Assembly (NCBI GenBank): GCA_965603825.1
Contig: CBFDEM010000037.1
Coordinates: 62,001 to 126,000, forward strand
Direction of reading: 5' to 3'
DNA length: 64,000 bases
From: Blepharisma stoltei ATCC 30299
Taxonomy: Eukaryota; Protista; Ciliophora
Made by a program: the position numbers and the translations under genes. Positions 36,359 through 51,300 of the stretch are shown here, piece after piece (the stretch's first letter is position 1; each line of letters begins with the position of its first letter). Under the pieces are notes generated by a model. The model had not been told where the DNA came from and did not search any database. It worked only from the letters and a program-made list of their open reading frames with translations.

Positions 36359-39300
36359 ATGTCTAAGCGATTTCTTCTTTGCTTTATCGTAGCTTTTATG
36401 CAGCTTCATGCTGCTGAAGTCGCTGATTCAAACGTTCCTCTTGCTAAAATTGGTGATATGTTTAACTTTACGTTGACATCTGACTACGTGGCTAATGAAG
36501 ACCCTCCTCAAGAGAGCATGCCTGTGATGAGAGAGCCTCAAGGATCAAGATATGGAAGAGCTCTTTCGGCAACTCCCTGCTCTCCTGGGAATTATGACAA
36601 CTCAGGTACTTGCTCCCCTTGTGGGACAATGTGCACTTATTGTGACGACAACGGAGGCTGTTTGGGCTGCCAAAACAACTATACAATGAAAATCAGCTCA
36701 AATAAAAAGGACTGCGAGTGTAAAGATGCTACTAATACAGAAGGAGCCTGCACTTGTTCACAAGCTAAACCTTGGTTTGATGGATCGACTTGCCAAACTT
36801 GTGAATCAGGCAGTTATTATGGAAGGTCTGGATGCACTGCTTGCTCAACATCAAGGTCTATAAGAGTTAAATCAATAATCAAAGCCAAGAAAAGTCCAAG
36901 CTGCTGTCCTGACGGCAAATATTTAGATAGCTCAAATTCAAAATGTTCAGGTTGTGATGCAAACTGTGAGCTTTGTGAAGATGGAACTGCTGGCCGTTGT
37001 GATAAATGCACTAATAAATTAAGGTTGGTGTCACAGGTTAAAATAAAGAAAACTTCTTGCTGTGGCGATGGAAAATTTAGAAGTAGCGATGTTAGTTCAT
37101 GTACAGATTGCCCTGGCAATTGTAAACAATGTGCAGACAGTGGAAGTGGGGAAATTTGTCTTCAATGCGCAAAGACCTTTAGAGTTAGATCAATACTTAA
37201 AATAAAGAAAACTTCTTGCTGTGGCGATGGACAATTTAGAAGTAGCGATGTTAGTCCATGTAAAGATTGTCCTGATAAAAATTGCAAAAACTGTGAAGAC
37301 AGTGGAAGTGGGAATACTTGCATTCAATGCTCCAAAATTTTAACTGTTACAGATACTCTTCAAGTAAAGAAAACATCATGCTGTCAAGAAGGACAATTTG
37401 TAAGCAGTGAGCAACCTTCTTGTAGAGATTGCTTTGACTTAAATTGCAAATACTGTGAAGACAGTGGAAGTGGGAACAATTGTTTCCAATGCAAAAAAAC
37501 TTTATCCTTCAAGAATACACTTAGAATTAAAAAAACTTCTTGTTGTGGCGAAGGATATTATGTTAGTAGTGATCAGACTACATGTGCACCCTGCGATAGT
37601 GCTAATTGCAAATATTGTGAAGACAGCGGAAAAGGGGAGACTTGCATCCAATGCTCTAATCTCTTAACGCTGACTCCCACGCTGAGAGTAAAGAAAACAA
37701 CTTGCTGTCTTGATGGGTATTTCATTAGCAGCACTACCACTGAATGCACAAAATGCCCTGATGATAAGTGCAAGCTCTGCGAGGACAGTGAAAGTGGCTC
37801 AAGTTGTCTCCAATGCCATAAAACTTTATCTATTTCAGATACGTTGAATGTTAAGAAAACCACTTGTTGCGAAGAAGGAAAATTTGTTAGCTCTTCTCAT
37901 TTACAATGCAAAGACTGTGCTGATTCAAATTGCAAATACTGTGAAGATAGCGGAGACGGTACAGTTTGTAAACAATGCAAAAAGAAATTAAGCTTTACGG
38001 ATACTTTGGAGATAAAGAAAACATCATGTTGTCAGGAAGGAAAATTCGTTAGCAGTACTCACACTACATGCACAACTTGTGATAGCCTGAATTGCAAATA
38101 CTGCGAAGATAGTGGAGACGGGGAAATATGTCTTCAATGCTATAATCTCTTAAACTTTAGCAGCACTCTCAAAATAAAGAAAACGACTTGCTGCCCAGAT
38201 GGACAATATGTTAGCAGCATTCAAAGTACCTGCAAGCCTTGTGATGACCATAACTGCAGCATTTGTGAAGATAGTGGATCTGGCACAACTTGTCTTAAAT
38301 GTTCTGGCATCTTAACTATTTCTGACACTTTGAAAATAAAGAAAACGACTTGCTGTGAAGATGGAAAATTTGTTAGCGACGCTCATTCTACATGCACTAA
38401 CTGCTTTGACAGCAACTGCAATATCTGTGAAGATAGCGGGGATGGAGAAGCTTGTCTTGACTGTGCTAAAAAGTTTAAATTTACAGACATCCTTGATATC
38501 AAAAAGACCACATGTTGCTCTTTAACTACTTACCGAAATGGCGATAATTGTGATCCTTGCCCTAGCAAATGCGATGCCTGTGAAGATGTGACCGGTGAAT
38601 GTATAACATGTTCAGACAAAATCAAGTTCACTGGCACCTTAGTGAATCCATCATCATGCTGTGCAGATGGAACTTATTATAGCGCTGGCTCTTGTGTGGC
38701 CTGTGACGAAACTTGTGCTACTTGCGATAAAGATACTGGAAAATGCCTTACTTGTCTGGATAAGATGAAAAGAGACTCAGGTAGCAATGACATGAAATGC
38801 AAGTGTATAGGTGACCAAATTCAGGCAGGGAAAGTCTGCTCATGCCCAACTGGGGAGTTTTTCAATGGGCAAGTATGCTCAGTTTGTGGCCATTTCTGCA
38901 ACACCTGCACCTTGGATAGCGTCACTTGCGAAACTTGTATTGATCAATCAAGAATGATGTTGAATCCCGATAAGCCTGCTGAATGCAAGTGTAAAGGAGA
39001 TAATCAACAAGAAAAAGCAAACGGATCCGGCTGTATCTGTAAAACCCCAGACACTTATTTCAATAATGGTGACTGTACTTCTTGCGGCGATAACTGTTTA
39101 ATTTGTGACGATACTGGTGGATGCGCAAGCTGTACTAAAAAGGTATTATTTCAAGACACCTTGATAGACCCTGCTTCATGCTGCAGTACAGGGACATTTT
39201 ATGATAAAACTACTTCTGCTTGCATTTCTTGCAAAGATAATTGCGCTACTTGTGATGTACATACTGGAGTGTGCACTACCTGCAAAGACGATTCTACAAT

Positions 39301-42300
39301 GGAGAAAAACCCAGAAGACCTTAAAGCATGTAGGTGCAAATCACCTATGACTTGGGACGGAACTGTTTGCAAGTGTCCAGACGCTGGACAAAAATGGTCT
39401 GGAACTGATTGTATAACCTGTGGCCACTTCTGTTACACTTGTAATGCAGACGGCACAGTTTGTAGTGCTTGTACTGATCTTTCAAGAATGATGTTGAATC
39501 CCGATAAGCCAGCTGAATGTAAGTGTAAAGGAGATAATCAACAAGAAAATGGAAATGGTTGTATCTGTAAAACCCAAGACACTTATTTCAACAATGGAGA
39601 CTGTACTTCATGCGGCGTGAACTGTTTAATTTGTGACGACACTGGAGGTTGCACATCTTGTGTGAAAAATGTAGCGTTAGAATGGAGCCTAATTGATCCA
39701 GCTTTATGCTGCGCATCAGGGACTTATTATGACTCAGTAAATTCAGTTTGCATTTCTTGTGAGGAAAATTGTGCTACCTGCGATGCCCACACTGGAGTAT
39801 GTGATACTTGCAAGAAAACGAAGATGGAGGTGGACCCAACAAATACCAAAACTTGCCACTGCATCGGAGACCAAGTATTAGTTGGAGGAGAATGCATATG
39901 CGCACAAGGATCTTTTAACGGGCAAATATGTTCACCTTGCGGCACTTTCTGCAAAACTTGTGACGAAACCGGTAAATGCGAGTCCTGCATTGACAGCGAC
40001 AGAATGATTTTAAGCACTACCGATAATAAAGTATGTGAATGCAAAGGAATCAATCTAACACCAAATGACTCCGGCTGCAGCTGCGCTGCAGGCAAATATT
40101 TCAGCAATGGCGACTGTGTTTCATGTGATAGCACTTGTCCTGACTGTGACGCCAATACTGGAAATTGCAAGACTTGCGTTGATCCTTCTCCAAGAATGGC
40201 AGTCTCTCAGTCTGACTCAAAGAAATGCCAATGTCTCGGATCCCAACAGCTTGTCTCCAATCAATGCTCTTGTACCTCAGGCTCTTATTATACAGGCAGC
40301 ACTTGTGAGGCATGTGGTGACAACTGTCAAATCTGTGCCGATCTCTCAGGACAATGTAGCTCCTGCAAATCTTCAAGGATGACTTTTGACTCAAATGACT
40401 CAAAGAAATGCGTCTGCAAAACTGGCCAACATCTAGTAGGATCGGACTGTGTCTGTGATGAAGGGACTTATTATGACACAAACAATAAAGTTTGCATACC
40501 ATGTGAGGCTAGATGTGCCACCTGCGCTGACGATGGAACTTGTATTACTTGCAAAGAGGGGAGAAAAATGGATTTAGACGCAAATCTGCCAAAGACTTGC
40601 AAATGCAAATCAGATCAAACTACTGGACTTGACTGTTCTTGTGCTACTGGAAGCTACTTTGATACTTCTATTTCTAATTGCAAATCATGCGAAACTAACT
40701 GTTTAGCTTGTTTAGATTTCACTGGTGACTGCACATCTTGCAAAAAGAATATAGAACTGGAATGAGATCTGATTGACCCAGCCACGTGTTGTGGAGCAGG
40801 AACTTATTATAGTGACGGAAGCTGTGTGTCCTGCTCAGACAAATGTGCAGAATGTGACATACATACTGGGAAGTGCACTAAATGCAAGGAGGAAAGCAAA
40901 ATGATATTTGATGATACCGATGAGAAAAATTGTAAATGCGCGGGTGACCAACAGTATGTGTCAGGACAATGCACATGCCCTGCAGGAAAAGAGTTTAATG
41001 GATTAGTGTGCTCCATTTGTGGCACTTTTTGCAAAGGTTGTGCATCTGATACTTTGGTTTGTACAGAATGTATTGATAGCTCAAGAATGCAATTTGGTGC
41101 ATCAGATAATAAAATCTGTGAGTGTAAAGGGTCAAGCCAAACTAAAACTGTGACTGGCTGTGAATGTGCCATTGGAAAATACTTTACAAACAACGACTGC
41201 GCTCCATGCGGGTCACTTTGTGCTACCTGTGCAGATACCACTGGAATTTGTAGCTCTTGCAAAGATGCCACTATGACAAAAAGTGATGATAATTTAAGTT
41301 GCAAATGTAAGCCGGGTCTTCAGCTTGATGCTCAAGCAGGCACTTGTAAATGCAGTTCAGGCTACTACTTTGATGGTAACACCTGCCAGCCTTGCGGAAC
41401 TCACTGTTCTGTTTGCGACTCAACTAGATGCTCTGTGTGTGATAGTATTAGCCATCTTATAGTTGATCCTTCAAACAGCAGCAACTGTATTTGTGAAAAC
41501 AGCTATTATTGGATTGTGGCAAATAATGACTGTGAGCAATGCCCTGAAGGAACTTACTATGACAGAAGCAAATGCTCTAGCTGCTCTACTAACTGTAAAG
41601 CCTGCGATAATTTTACTGGGAAATGCAATACTTGTGTTGGCGGAGATAGAATGGAATACGATCCTTTAGATAATACAGCTTGCAGATGCAAAGGAACCCA
41701 GACTCTTAGCGGATTGACTTGCACTTGTGGACAAGGAAAGTATTTTATTAACGGTGATTGTGCTGAATGTTTAGACTTATGTAAGTCTTGTAAAGACAAT
41801 ACTGGCGAATGCACAATGTGCAACGATCATACTCAAGCCACAATGACATTTGATACTAATGATAACAGAAAGTGTAAATGCAGAGGAGACCAAGTCGCAG
41901 TTTCAGGACAATGTACATGTCCTGCAGGACAAGAGTTTAACGGATCAATGTGCTCCGTTTGTGGCCATTTTTGCAAAGTTTGTACAGCTGAAACTTTGGT
42001 TTGTACTGAATGCATCGATAGCTCCAGAATGCAATTTGGTTCATCAGATAATAAAATCTGTGAGTGTAAAGGATCAAGCCAAACTACAACAGCTAATGGT
42101 TGTATATGCGATGCTGGAAAATACTTTAAAAACAATGACTGCGTTTCATGCGGGTCACTTTGTGCTGCCTGCGCAGATACCACTGGAATTTGCAGCTCTT
42201 GCTTTGAGGATACTATGACAAAAAGTGATGACAATTTAAGTTGCAAATGCAAACCAGGTCTTCAGTATGATGCTGAAGCATACACTTGTTTTTGCACTTC

Positions 42301-45300
42301 AGGCTACTTTGACGGTAACACCTGTCAGCTTTGTGGAACTCACTGTTCTGATTGTGACTCAAATGGATGTTCTATGTGTAAGGCTATCGACCATCTTATA
42401 GTTGATCCATCTAACCGCAAAAACTGTATTTGTGAGAGTGGATATTATTGGATTGTGGCAAATAATGACTGTGAGCAATGCCCTGAAGGAACTTACTATG
42501 ACGGAAGCAAATGCTCTAGCTGTTCTACTAACTGTAAAGCCTGCGATAATTTTACTGGGAAATGCAATACTTGCGTTGGCGGAGATAGAATGGAATTTCA
42601 TCCTACGGATGACAAAGCTTGCAGATGCAAAGGAACTCAAATTCTTAGCGGGCTGACTTGCTCTTGCAGCTCAGGGTCTTATTTTGATAACCTCACTTGC
42701 TCTCCATGCTCTGACTTATGCAGTGTCTGCACAGATTTGACAGGAGAGTGCACAAAATGCAAAGATTTATCTTTAATGACAATCGACCCACAAAACAATA
42801 AAAACTGTAAATGCAAGCATTCAGACCTAACAGTCGTATCAGGTCAGTGTGTCTGCACTGGAGGCAAACAATGGAACGGATCTGAATGCACTCTTTGTGG
42901 AAACTTCTGTAAAACTTGCGATTTAGGAAACAATGTCTGCACTGCGTGTATAGACAGCAAAAGAATGGACCCAGTAAGCAGCAGTGTTACTTGTAAATGC
43001 AAAGCTGGCTTTATAACCTCAACAACTGGCTGCACTTGTGCTGCAAGCTCTTACTATGACAACTCATCATGCTTTACTTGTGGAGATTTATGTACTTCTT
43101 GTGCAGATATTTCGGGCGATTGTACTGCTTGCAAAGACAGCACTATGGAATTCCATCCTACTAATAAGAAAATCTGTAGATGCAAAGGAACTCAGCAGTA
43201 TAGCACTGTGCTAAACACTTGTTCATGCCCAATTGGATATTTTGACGGCTCGACTTGTCAGAGCTGCACAACTCTTTGCTTAACTTGTGATTCAGCTAAG
43301 TGTTTAACTTGCCAAAATATTCCCCATCTTGTGGTTGACAACCAAAATTCTAAAGACTGCGTCTGTGCTAGTGGCTATAACTGGATTACAGCAGCGGGTA
43401 GTTGTGAGCAATGCTCTGTTGGAACTTACTACGATGGCAACAAATGTGCTAGCTGCTCGGCTATGTGTGCTACTTGCTCTGGGTTGACTGGCACTTGCGA
43501 TACTTGTAAAGACCCTGCTAGGATGGATCTTAGTGGAGCCACATGCATTTGTAAAGGAAATCAAAAGTTAGCGGGATCAACATGCTTTTGTGATGCAGGG
43601 TACTATTTTGATGGAGATACATGCGTTAAATGCTCAAACTTATGCAGTGCTTGCAATGATTATACCGGAGTATGCACAACATGTAAGGATTCGAAAATGA
43701 CATTCGACTCAAACGACAACAAAAACTGTAAATGTATTGGAGATCAGATTCTTAGTGGGGAGACTTGCACCTGCCCTAGCAACCAACAATTCAACGGAGA
43801 TGGGTGCTCTGCTTGCGGCGAATTCTGTAGTACTTGTGATGTTAATGCTAAAATCTGTAGCATTTGTATAGATGGAAATAAGATGTCACCTGTGAGTGGT
43901 ACTGTAACTTGTGCCTGCAAAGGGAATCAAATAAAAGCAAACACTGGCTGCACTTGTCCATCAGGCTCTTACTTTGACAGCACAACTTGTTCGACCTGCG
44001 GCGATTTCTGCACTACATGCACAGATTTATCAGGTGCATGCACTGTCTGTAAAAATGATAAAATGGAAGTTAGCCCTAGTAATCCGAAAGTTTGTAGATG
44101 TAAAGGAACTCAACAGTACAATCCCTTAACATCCTCTTGCTACTGTCCCACAGGATATTACGATGGCTCGACTTGTCAGAGCTGCACAACTCTTTGCTCA
44201 ACCTGTGAGTCGACCAAGTGTTTAACTTGTCAAGGTATTGCCAACCTTATAGTAGATCCTCAAAACCCAACTAATTGTGTCTGTGCCAGTGGCTACAATT
44301 GGATAACAGCAGAGGGCACTTGTCAGCAATGCTCTGTTGGAACTTACTACGATGGCAACAAATGTGCTAGCTGCGCTGCTACGTGTGCTACTTGCTCTGG
44401 GCTAACTGGTACTTGCAATACTTGCAAAGACACTGTTAGGATGGATCTTAGTGGAGCCACATGCATTTGCAAAGGAACCCAAAAACTAACTGAATCAGCA
44501 TGTTCTTGCGATGCAGGGTACTACTTTGATGGATCTACTTGTGTTCAATGCTCAAGCCTGTGCGCTTCTTGCTCCGATTACACTGGTGAATGCAAATCTT
44601 GCAAAGATTCGAAAATGACATTTGACCCTGCCAATAAGAAGAGCTGTATATGTATCGGAGATCAGACTCTTGACAATGGAGTATGCACTTGCCCTATCGG
44701 TCAACAATTTAATGGTGTCAAATGTTCTGAGTGCGGAACATTTTGCAATTCCTGCAATGTTTCAGGAAAAATATGTAACATTTGTGTTGATTCTGCAAAG
44801 ATGCTTGCAACTGCCGGAACTACTACTTGTTCATGCAAAGGCGACCAAACTGCAACAGTAAGCGGCTGTTCCTGTCCTACTGGATTTTACTTTAAAGACT
44901 CAAAATGCACTCAATGCGGCAGCTTATGTGCTTTATGTGCAGATACAACAGGAATTTGTAGCACCTGCAAGAACGATTCTACAATGGAAGTAAACCCTGA
45001 CGACACCACAACTTGCAGATGTAAAGGAACCCAGCAATACAGCAACGCATTATCGGCTTGTACTTGCCCTGTTGGCTATTTTGATAACGGCACCTGTAAG
45101 AGCTGTACAACTCTTTGCTCGACCTGTGACTCAACCAAGTGTTTAACTTGCCAATCCATTGCCCATCTTGTAGTTGACACCCAAAACCCTAAAAACTGTG
45201 TCTGTGCTGGCGGGTACAACTGGATTACCGCTAAAAGCATTTGTGAACAATGCTCTGCAGAGACCTATTACGATGGCAACAAGTGTGCAAGCTGTGGGAC

Positions 45301-48300
45301 TAATTGCGCAACTTGTTACGACGGTACTGGAATTTGCAAAACCTGTAAGAGCTCAAGAATGGAAAAAGGAGGTGACCCCACTAAATGCATTTGCAAAGGA
45401 ACTCAAAAGATAAGTGGATCAACATGCTCTTGTGATGCAGGGTACTACTTTGATGGAGATACATGTGTTCAATGCTCAGATTTATGCAATACTTGCGAAG
45501 ATTATACTGGAGTATGTAAAACATGTAAAGACTCGAAATTAATGACATTCGACTCAAACGATAATAAAAAATGCAAATGTATTGGAGATCAGACTCTTAG
45601 TGGAGATACTTGCACCTGCCTTAACAACCAACAATTCAACGGATATGTATGCTCTACTTGCGGTGAATTTTGTAATACTTGTGATGTTAATGCTAAGGTA
45701 TGCAGCACTTGTATAGATGGAAATAAGATGTCACCTGTGAGTGGTACTGTAACTTGTGCCTGCAAAGGGAATCAAATAAAAACAAACACCGGCTGCACTT
45801 GTCCGTCAGGCTCTTACTTTGACAGCACAACTTGTTCGACCTGCGGCGATTTCTGCACTACATGTACAGATACATCAGGTGCATGTACTGTCTGTAAAAA
45901 TGATAAAATGGAAGTTAACCCTAGTAATCCGAAAGTTTGTAGATGTAAAGGAACTCAACAGTACAATCCCTTAACATCCTCTTGCTACTGTCCTACTGGA
46001 TATTACGATGGCTCGACTTGTCAGAGCTGCACAACTCTTTGCTCAACCTGTGACTCGACCAAGTGTTTAACTTGTCAAGGTATTGCCAATCTTATAGTAG
46101 ACCCTCAAAACCCAACTAACTGTGTCTGTGCCAGTGGCTACAATTGGATTACAGCAGAGGGCACTTGTCAGCAATGCTCTGTTGGAACTTACTACGATGG
46201 CAACAAATGTGCTAGCTGCGCTGCTAATTGTGCAAGCTGTTATAACGGGTCTGGCACTTGTAATACTTGCAAAGACCCTGCTAAGATGGATCTTAGTGGA
46301 ATCACATGCATTTGTAAAGGAACCCAAAAGCTAACTGGATCAACATGTTCTTGTGATGCAGGGTACTACTTTGATGGATCTACTTGTGTGCAATGCTCAA
46401 ACTTATGCTCCTCTTGCTCCGATTACACTGGTGAATGCAAATCTTGCAATGATTCGAAAATGACTATTGATCCAGCCAATAAGAAGAACTGTATATGTAT
46501 CGGAGATCAGGTACTTAACAATAATATGTGTACATGCCCTGCAAGTAAACAATTTAACGGCTCTGGATGTTCTGATTGCGGGACTTTCTGTTCAACTTGC
46601 ATTGTTAGCTCTAATACCTGCAACACTTGTATAGATGGAAATAAGATGTCTCCTGTAAGCAGCACTGTAACTTGTGCCTGCAAAGGGAATCAAATATCAA
46701 CAAATGCCGGTTGCAGTTGCCCTTCAGGCTCTTACTTTGATAGCTCAACTTGCTCAACTTGCGGCGATTTATGCACTACATGCACAGATACATCAGGTGT
46801 ATGCACTGCCTGTAAGGATAGTAAAATGGAAGTGGATCCTAGTAATCAGAAAGTTTGTAGATGCAAAGGAACTCAAAAATATAGCTACGCGCTATCCTCT
46901 TGCTACTGTCCTACTGGATATTACGATGGTTCAACTTGCCAGAGCTGCACAACTCTTTGCTCAACCTGCGACTCGACTAAGTGTTTAACTTGCCAAAGTA
47001 TTGCAAACCTTATAGTAGACCCTCAAAACCCAACTAACTGTGTCTGTGCCAGCGGCTATAACTGGATTACCGCTAAAAGTACTTGCGAACCATGCCTTGT
47101 TGGTAGTTATTATGATGGCAACAAATGTGCTACCTGCTCAGATAATTGTGCAAGCTGTTACGATAGAACTGGTTTCTGTAAAGTATGCAACTCAAGATTT
47201 ACTCCAAGTACTGTCGACCCAACTAAATGCATTTGTAAAGGAACTCAAAAGATAGCCGGATCAACATGCTCTTGTGATGCAGGGTACTACTTTGATGGAG
47301 ATACATGTGTTCAATGCTCAGATTTATGCAGCACTTGTGAAGATTATACTGGAGTATGTAAAACTTGTAAAGACTCGAAATTAATGACATTCGACTCAAA
47401 CGATAATAAAAAATGCAAATGTATTGGAGATCAGATTCTTAGTGGAGATACTTGCACCTGCCCTAGCAACCAACAATTCAACGGAGATGAGTGCTCTGTT
47501 TGCGGTGTATTTTGTAGTACTTGTGATGTTAATGGTCAAGTCTGCAGCACTTGTTTAGATGGAGATAAGATGTCACCTGTGAGTGGTACTGTAACTTGTG
47601 CCTGCAAAGGGAATCAAATACCAGCAAACACTGGCTGTACTTGCCCTTCAGGCTCTTACTTTGACAGCTCAACTTGCTCGACTTGCGGCGATTTCTGCAC
47701 TACATGCACAGATACATCTGGTGTCTGCACTGCCTGTAAAGATAGTAAAATGGAGGTGGACCCTGCTAATACAAAAGCTTGCAGATGTAAAGGAACTCAG
47801 AAATATAGCTACACGCTATCTTCTTGCTATTGTCCAACTGGATACTTCGATGGCTCAACTTGTCAGAGCTGCACAGCTCTTTGCTCGATCTGTGACTCGG
47901 CCAAATGTTTAACTTGCCAGTCTATTGCAAACCTTGTAGTCGACACCCAAAACCCTAAAAACTGTGTCTGTGCAGTAGGCTATAATTGGATTACTGCAAG
48001 CAGCTCCTGTAATCAATGCTCTGTTGGAACTTACTACGATGGAAACAAATGTGCTGACTGTTCAGATAATTGTGCAAGTTGTTATAACGGCAGTGGATTT
48101 TGCGCTGTCTGCAAAGACTCAAGAATGATGATAAGCACCAGCGACCCAACAAAATGCATCTGCAAAGGAAACCAAAAATTAACTGGATCAGTATGCTCTT
48201 GCGATTCAGGCTACTACTTTGATGGCTCAAATTGTGTCCAATGCTCAAGCTTATGCACATCTTGCTCTGATTACACTGGAGAATGTCTTTCATGCAAAGA

Positions 48301-51300
48301 TTCTACAATGACTATTGATCCAGCCAATAAGAAAAACTGTATTTGTATTGGAGACCAAATTCTTGATGGTAACAACGCATGCACTTGTCTTGGAACTCAG
48401 CAATTCAATGGCGCTATATGTTCTGATTGTGGAACCTTCTGTACGACTTGCAATGTAAATCAAAATGTATGTAGTGTCTGCTTGGGAAACAGAATGGAGC
48501 CAGTAAGCAACACCGTTACTTGTGCTTGTAAAGGAAATCAGCTAGTCTCAGCCTCTGACTGCAGTTGTAAATCAGGCTTTTACTTTGACAGCACAACATG
48601 TTTGGCTTGTGGCACTTTTTGCACGACTTGTGAGGACTTAACTGGAAAATGCAATACATGTAGCTCTGCAACTATGGAAGTAAGCGACAGTGATCCAAAA
48701 ACTTGTAAATGCAAAGGAAATCAAGTATATAGCAGCGTTTTATCCTCTTGCTACTGTCCTACTGGATACTTCGATGGCTCGACTTGTCAGAGCTGCACAA
48801 CTCTTTGCTCGACCTGTGACTCAGCCAAATGTTTAACTTGTCAGTCTATTGCAAACCTTATAGTAGACCCTCAAAACCTAACTAAATGTGTCTGTGCAGC
48901 AGGCTATAACTGGATTACCGCAACCAGCAGCTGTGAGGTATGCGAAACTGGAACTTACTTTGATGGAAACAAATGTGCTAGCTGCACAACGAATTGTGCA
49001 AGTTGTTATTACGGCACTGGATTCTGTGCTTTATGCAAAGACGTCAGAATGACAATAAATACAAATGACTTGACGAGCTGCATCTGCAAAGGAAACCAAA
49101 AGATTAGTGGATCTACATGCTACTGCGATTCAGGCTACTACTTTGATGGCTCAAATTGTGTCCAATGCTCAAGCTTATGCACATCTTGCTCTGATTACAC
49201 TGGAGAATGTCTTTCTTGCAAAGGTTCGAAAATGACTATTGATCCAGCCAATAAGAAAAACTGTATTTGTATTGGAGACCAAATTCTTGACGGTAACAAC
49301 GCATGCACTTGTTCTGGAACTAAACAGTTTAATGGCAAGGAATGCGTGGACTGCGGATATTTCTGTAGCACTTGTGATGTATCTGGAAATACATGTAATA
49401 CCTGTATTGACTCAGTCAGAATGGAACAAGTAAGTAACACTCTTACCTGCCAATGCAAAGGAAACCAAACGAAAAATATTGGCTCTTGCACTTGTCCTTC
49501 AGGCAACTATTTCGACAATTCAAATTGTGAAGCTTGTGGCGATTTATGTGCTGCATGCGATGACTCAACTGGAAAATGCAATACATGTATAAACACTGCA
49601 ACTATGGAAATAAGCAGCACTGATTCAAAGACTTGTAAATGCAAAGGAACTCAGCAATATAGCAGTTTAACGAAATCTTGTTCCTGCACTTTAGGCTACT
49701 TCGATGGCTCAACTTGTCAGAGCTGCACAACTCTTTGTTCTTCTTGCAATGCAATTAAGTGTTTAGCTTGTCTAAGTATTACCAATCTTGAAGTAGATCC
49801 TACCAACCCAACAACTTGTCATTGCGCCGCTGGATATAACTGGATCACTGCGACTAGCACTTGCGAGCAATGCCAAACTGGAACTTATTATGATGGAGAT
49901 AAATGCGCTCCTTGCTCTACTAACTGTGCAAAATGCTATAATGGCTCTGGAATCTGCAGCGTCTGCGTAGATACAAGAATGGATATTAGCTTAAATGATT
50001 TGACTAGTTGTGCATGTAGAGGAAACCAAAAGATCAGCGGATCCACATGTTCTTGCGACTCAGGCTATTACTTTGATGGTTCCAATTGCGTGAAATGCTC
50101 TGACTTGTGCGCTACTTGCCTTGATTACACTGGAATTTGTACAGCATGCAAGGATTCTGCGAAGATGACCTTTGATACAGCAAACAAGAAGAATTGCAAG
50201 TGCATTGGAGATCAAGTACTTAGCAACAATGTATGTACTTGCACTGGAAATAAACAATTCAATGGCTCTGGGTGCTCTGATTGCGGAACGTTCTGCTCCG
50301 CTTGCAATGTAAACACGAAGATCTGCAACACTTGTATTGATACAGTTAAAATGACAGCAGTTTCTGGCACAGTAACTTGCACATGCAAATCTGGTCAGCA
50401 AGTCACAGCGACAGGCTGCATTTGTGCTTCAGGATCATATTTCGACACTACAACGTGTTCAGCCTGTGGTAACTTATGTGCTACATGTGCTGAAACAACT
50501 GGGCAATGTTTAACATGCAAAAACTCGGTAACTATGGAATTCGGCACTGATCCAAAGACTTGCAAATGTAAAGGCACTCAGCAGTACAACAGTGAAACAG
50601 CTTTATGTTACTGCGCTTCAGGTTACTTCGATGGCTCAACTTGTCAGAGTTGCTCTGCCCTTTGCTCTACATGCGATTCTAGTAAGTGCTTAACTTGTCA
50701 AAATATTGCTAACCTTGAAGTTGATCTTACGAACCCTAAGACTTGCCATTGTGCGGCTAGCTATAAATGGATAGTAGCAACTAGTACCTGTGAGCAATGC
50801 GCTACCGGAACTTATTATGATGGGAGCCAATGTACTTCCTGCTCTACCAATTGCGCAAGCTGCTTTGATGGGCTTGGAATATGCGGGAAATGCACTGATT
50901 CAAGAATGACACCAAACCTACTTGACTTAACTAAATGCATTTGTAAAGGAAACCAAATTGCCAGTGGATCAACATGCACCTGTGACTCAGGGTTCTACTT
51001 CAATGGCGAAAATTGTGTGCAATGCTCCAGCTTATGCAGCTCTTGTTTAGATTACTCTGGGCAGTGCACATCGTGCAAAAATTCTCAAACAATGATATTC
51101 GACCCAGACAGCAATAAAGCTTGTAAATGCATAGGTGATCAGTACCTTAGCAATGGTGTATGCGCTTGTGATGCTGGCAAACAATTTAATGGTGAAATTT
51201 GCTCTACCTGCGGTAAATTTTGTAAAACTTGCAATGTCGCAGCAAATTCCTGTAGCGCCTGCATAAATGATAGCACAATGACAACAGTTGCTAGCACGTT

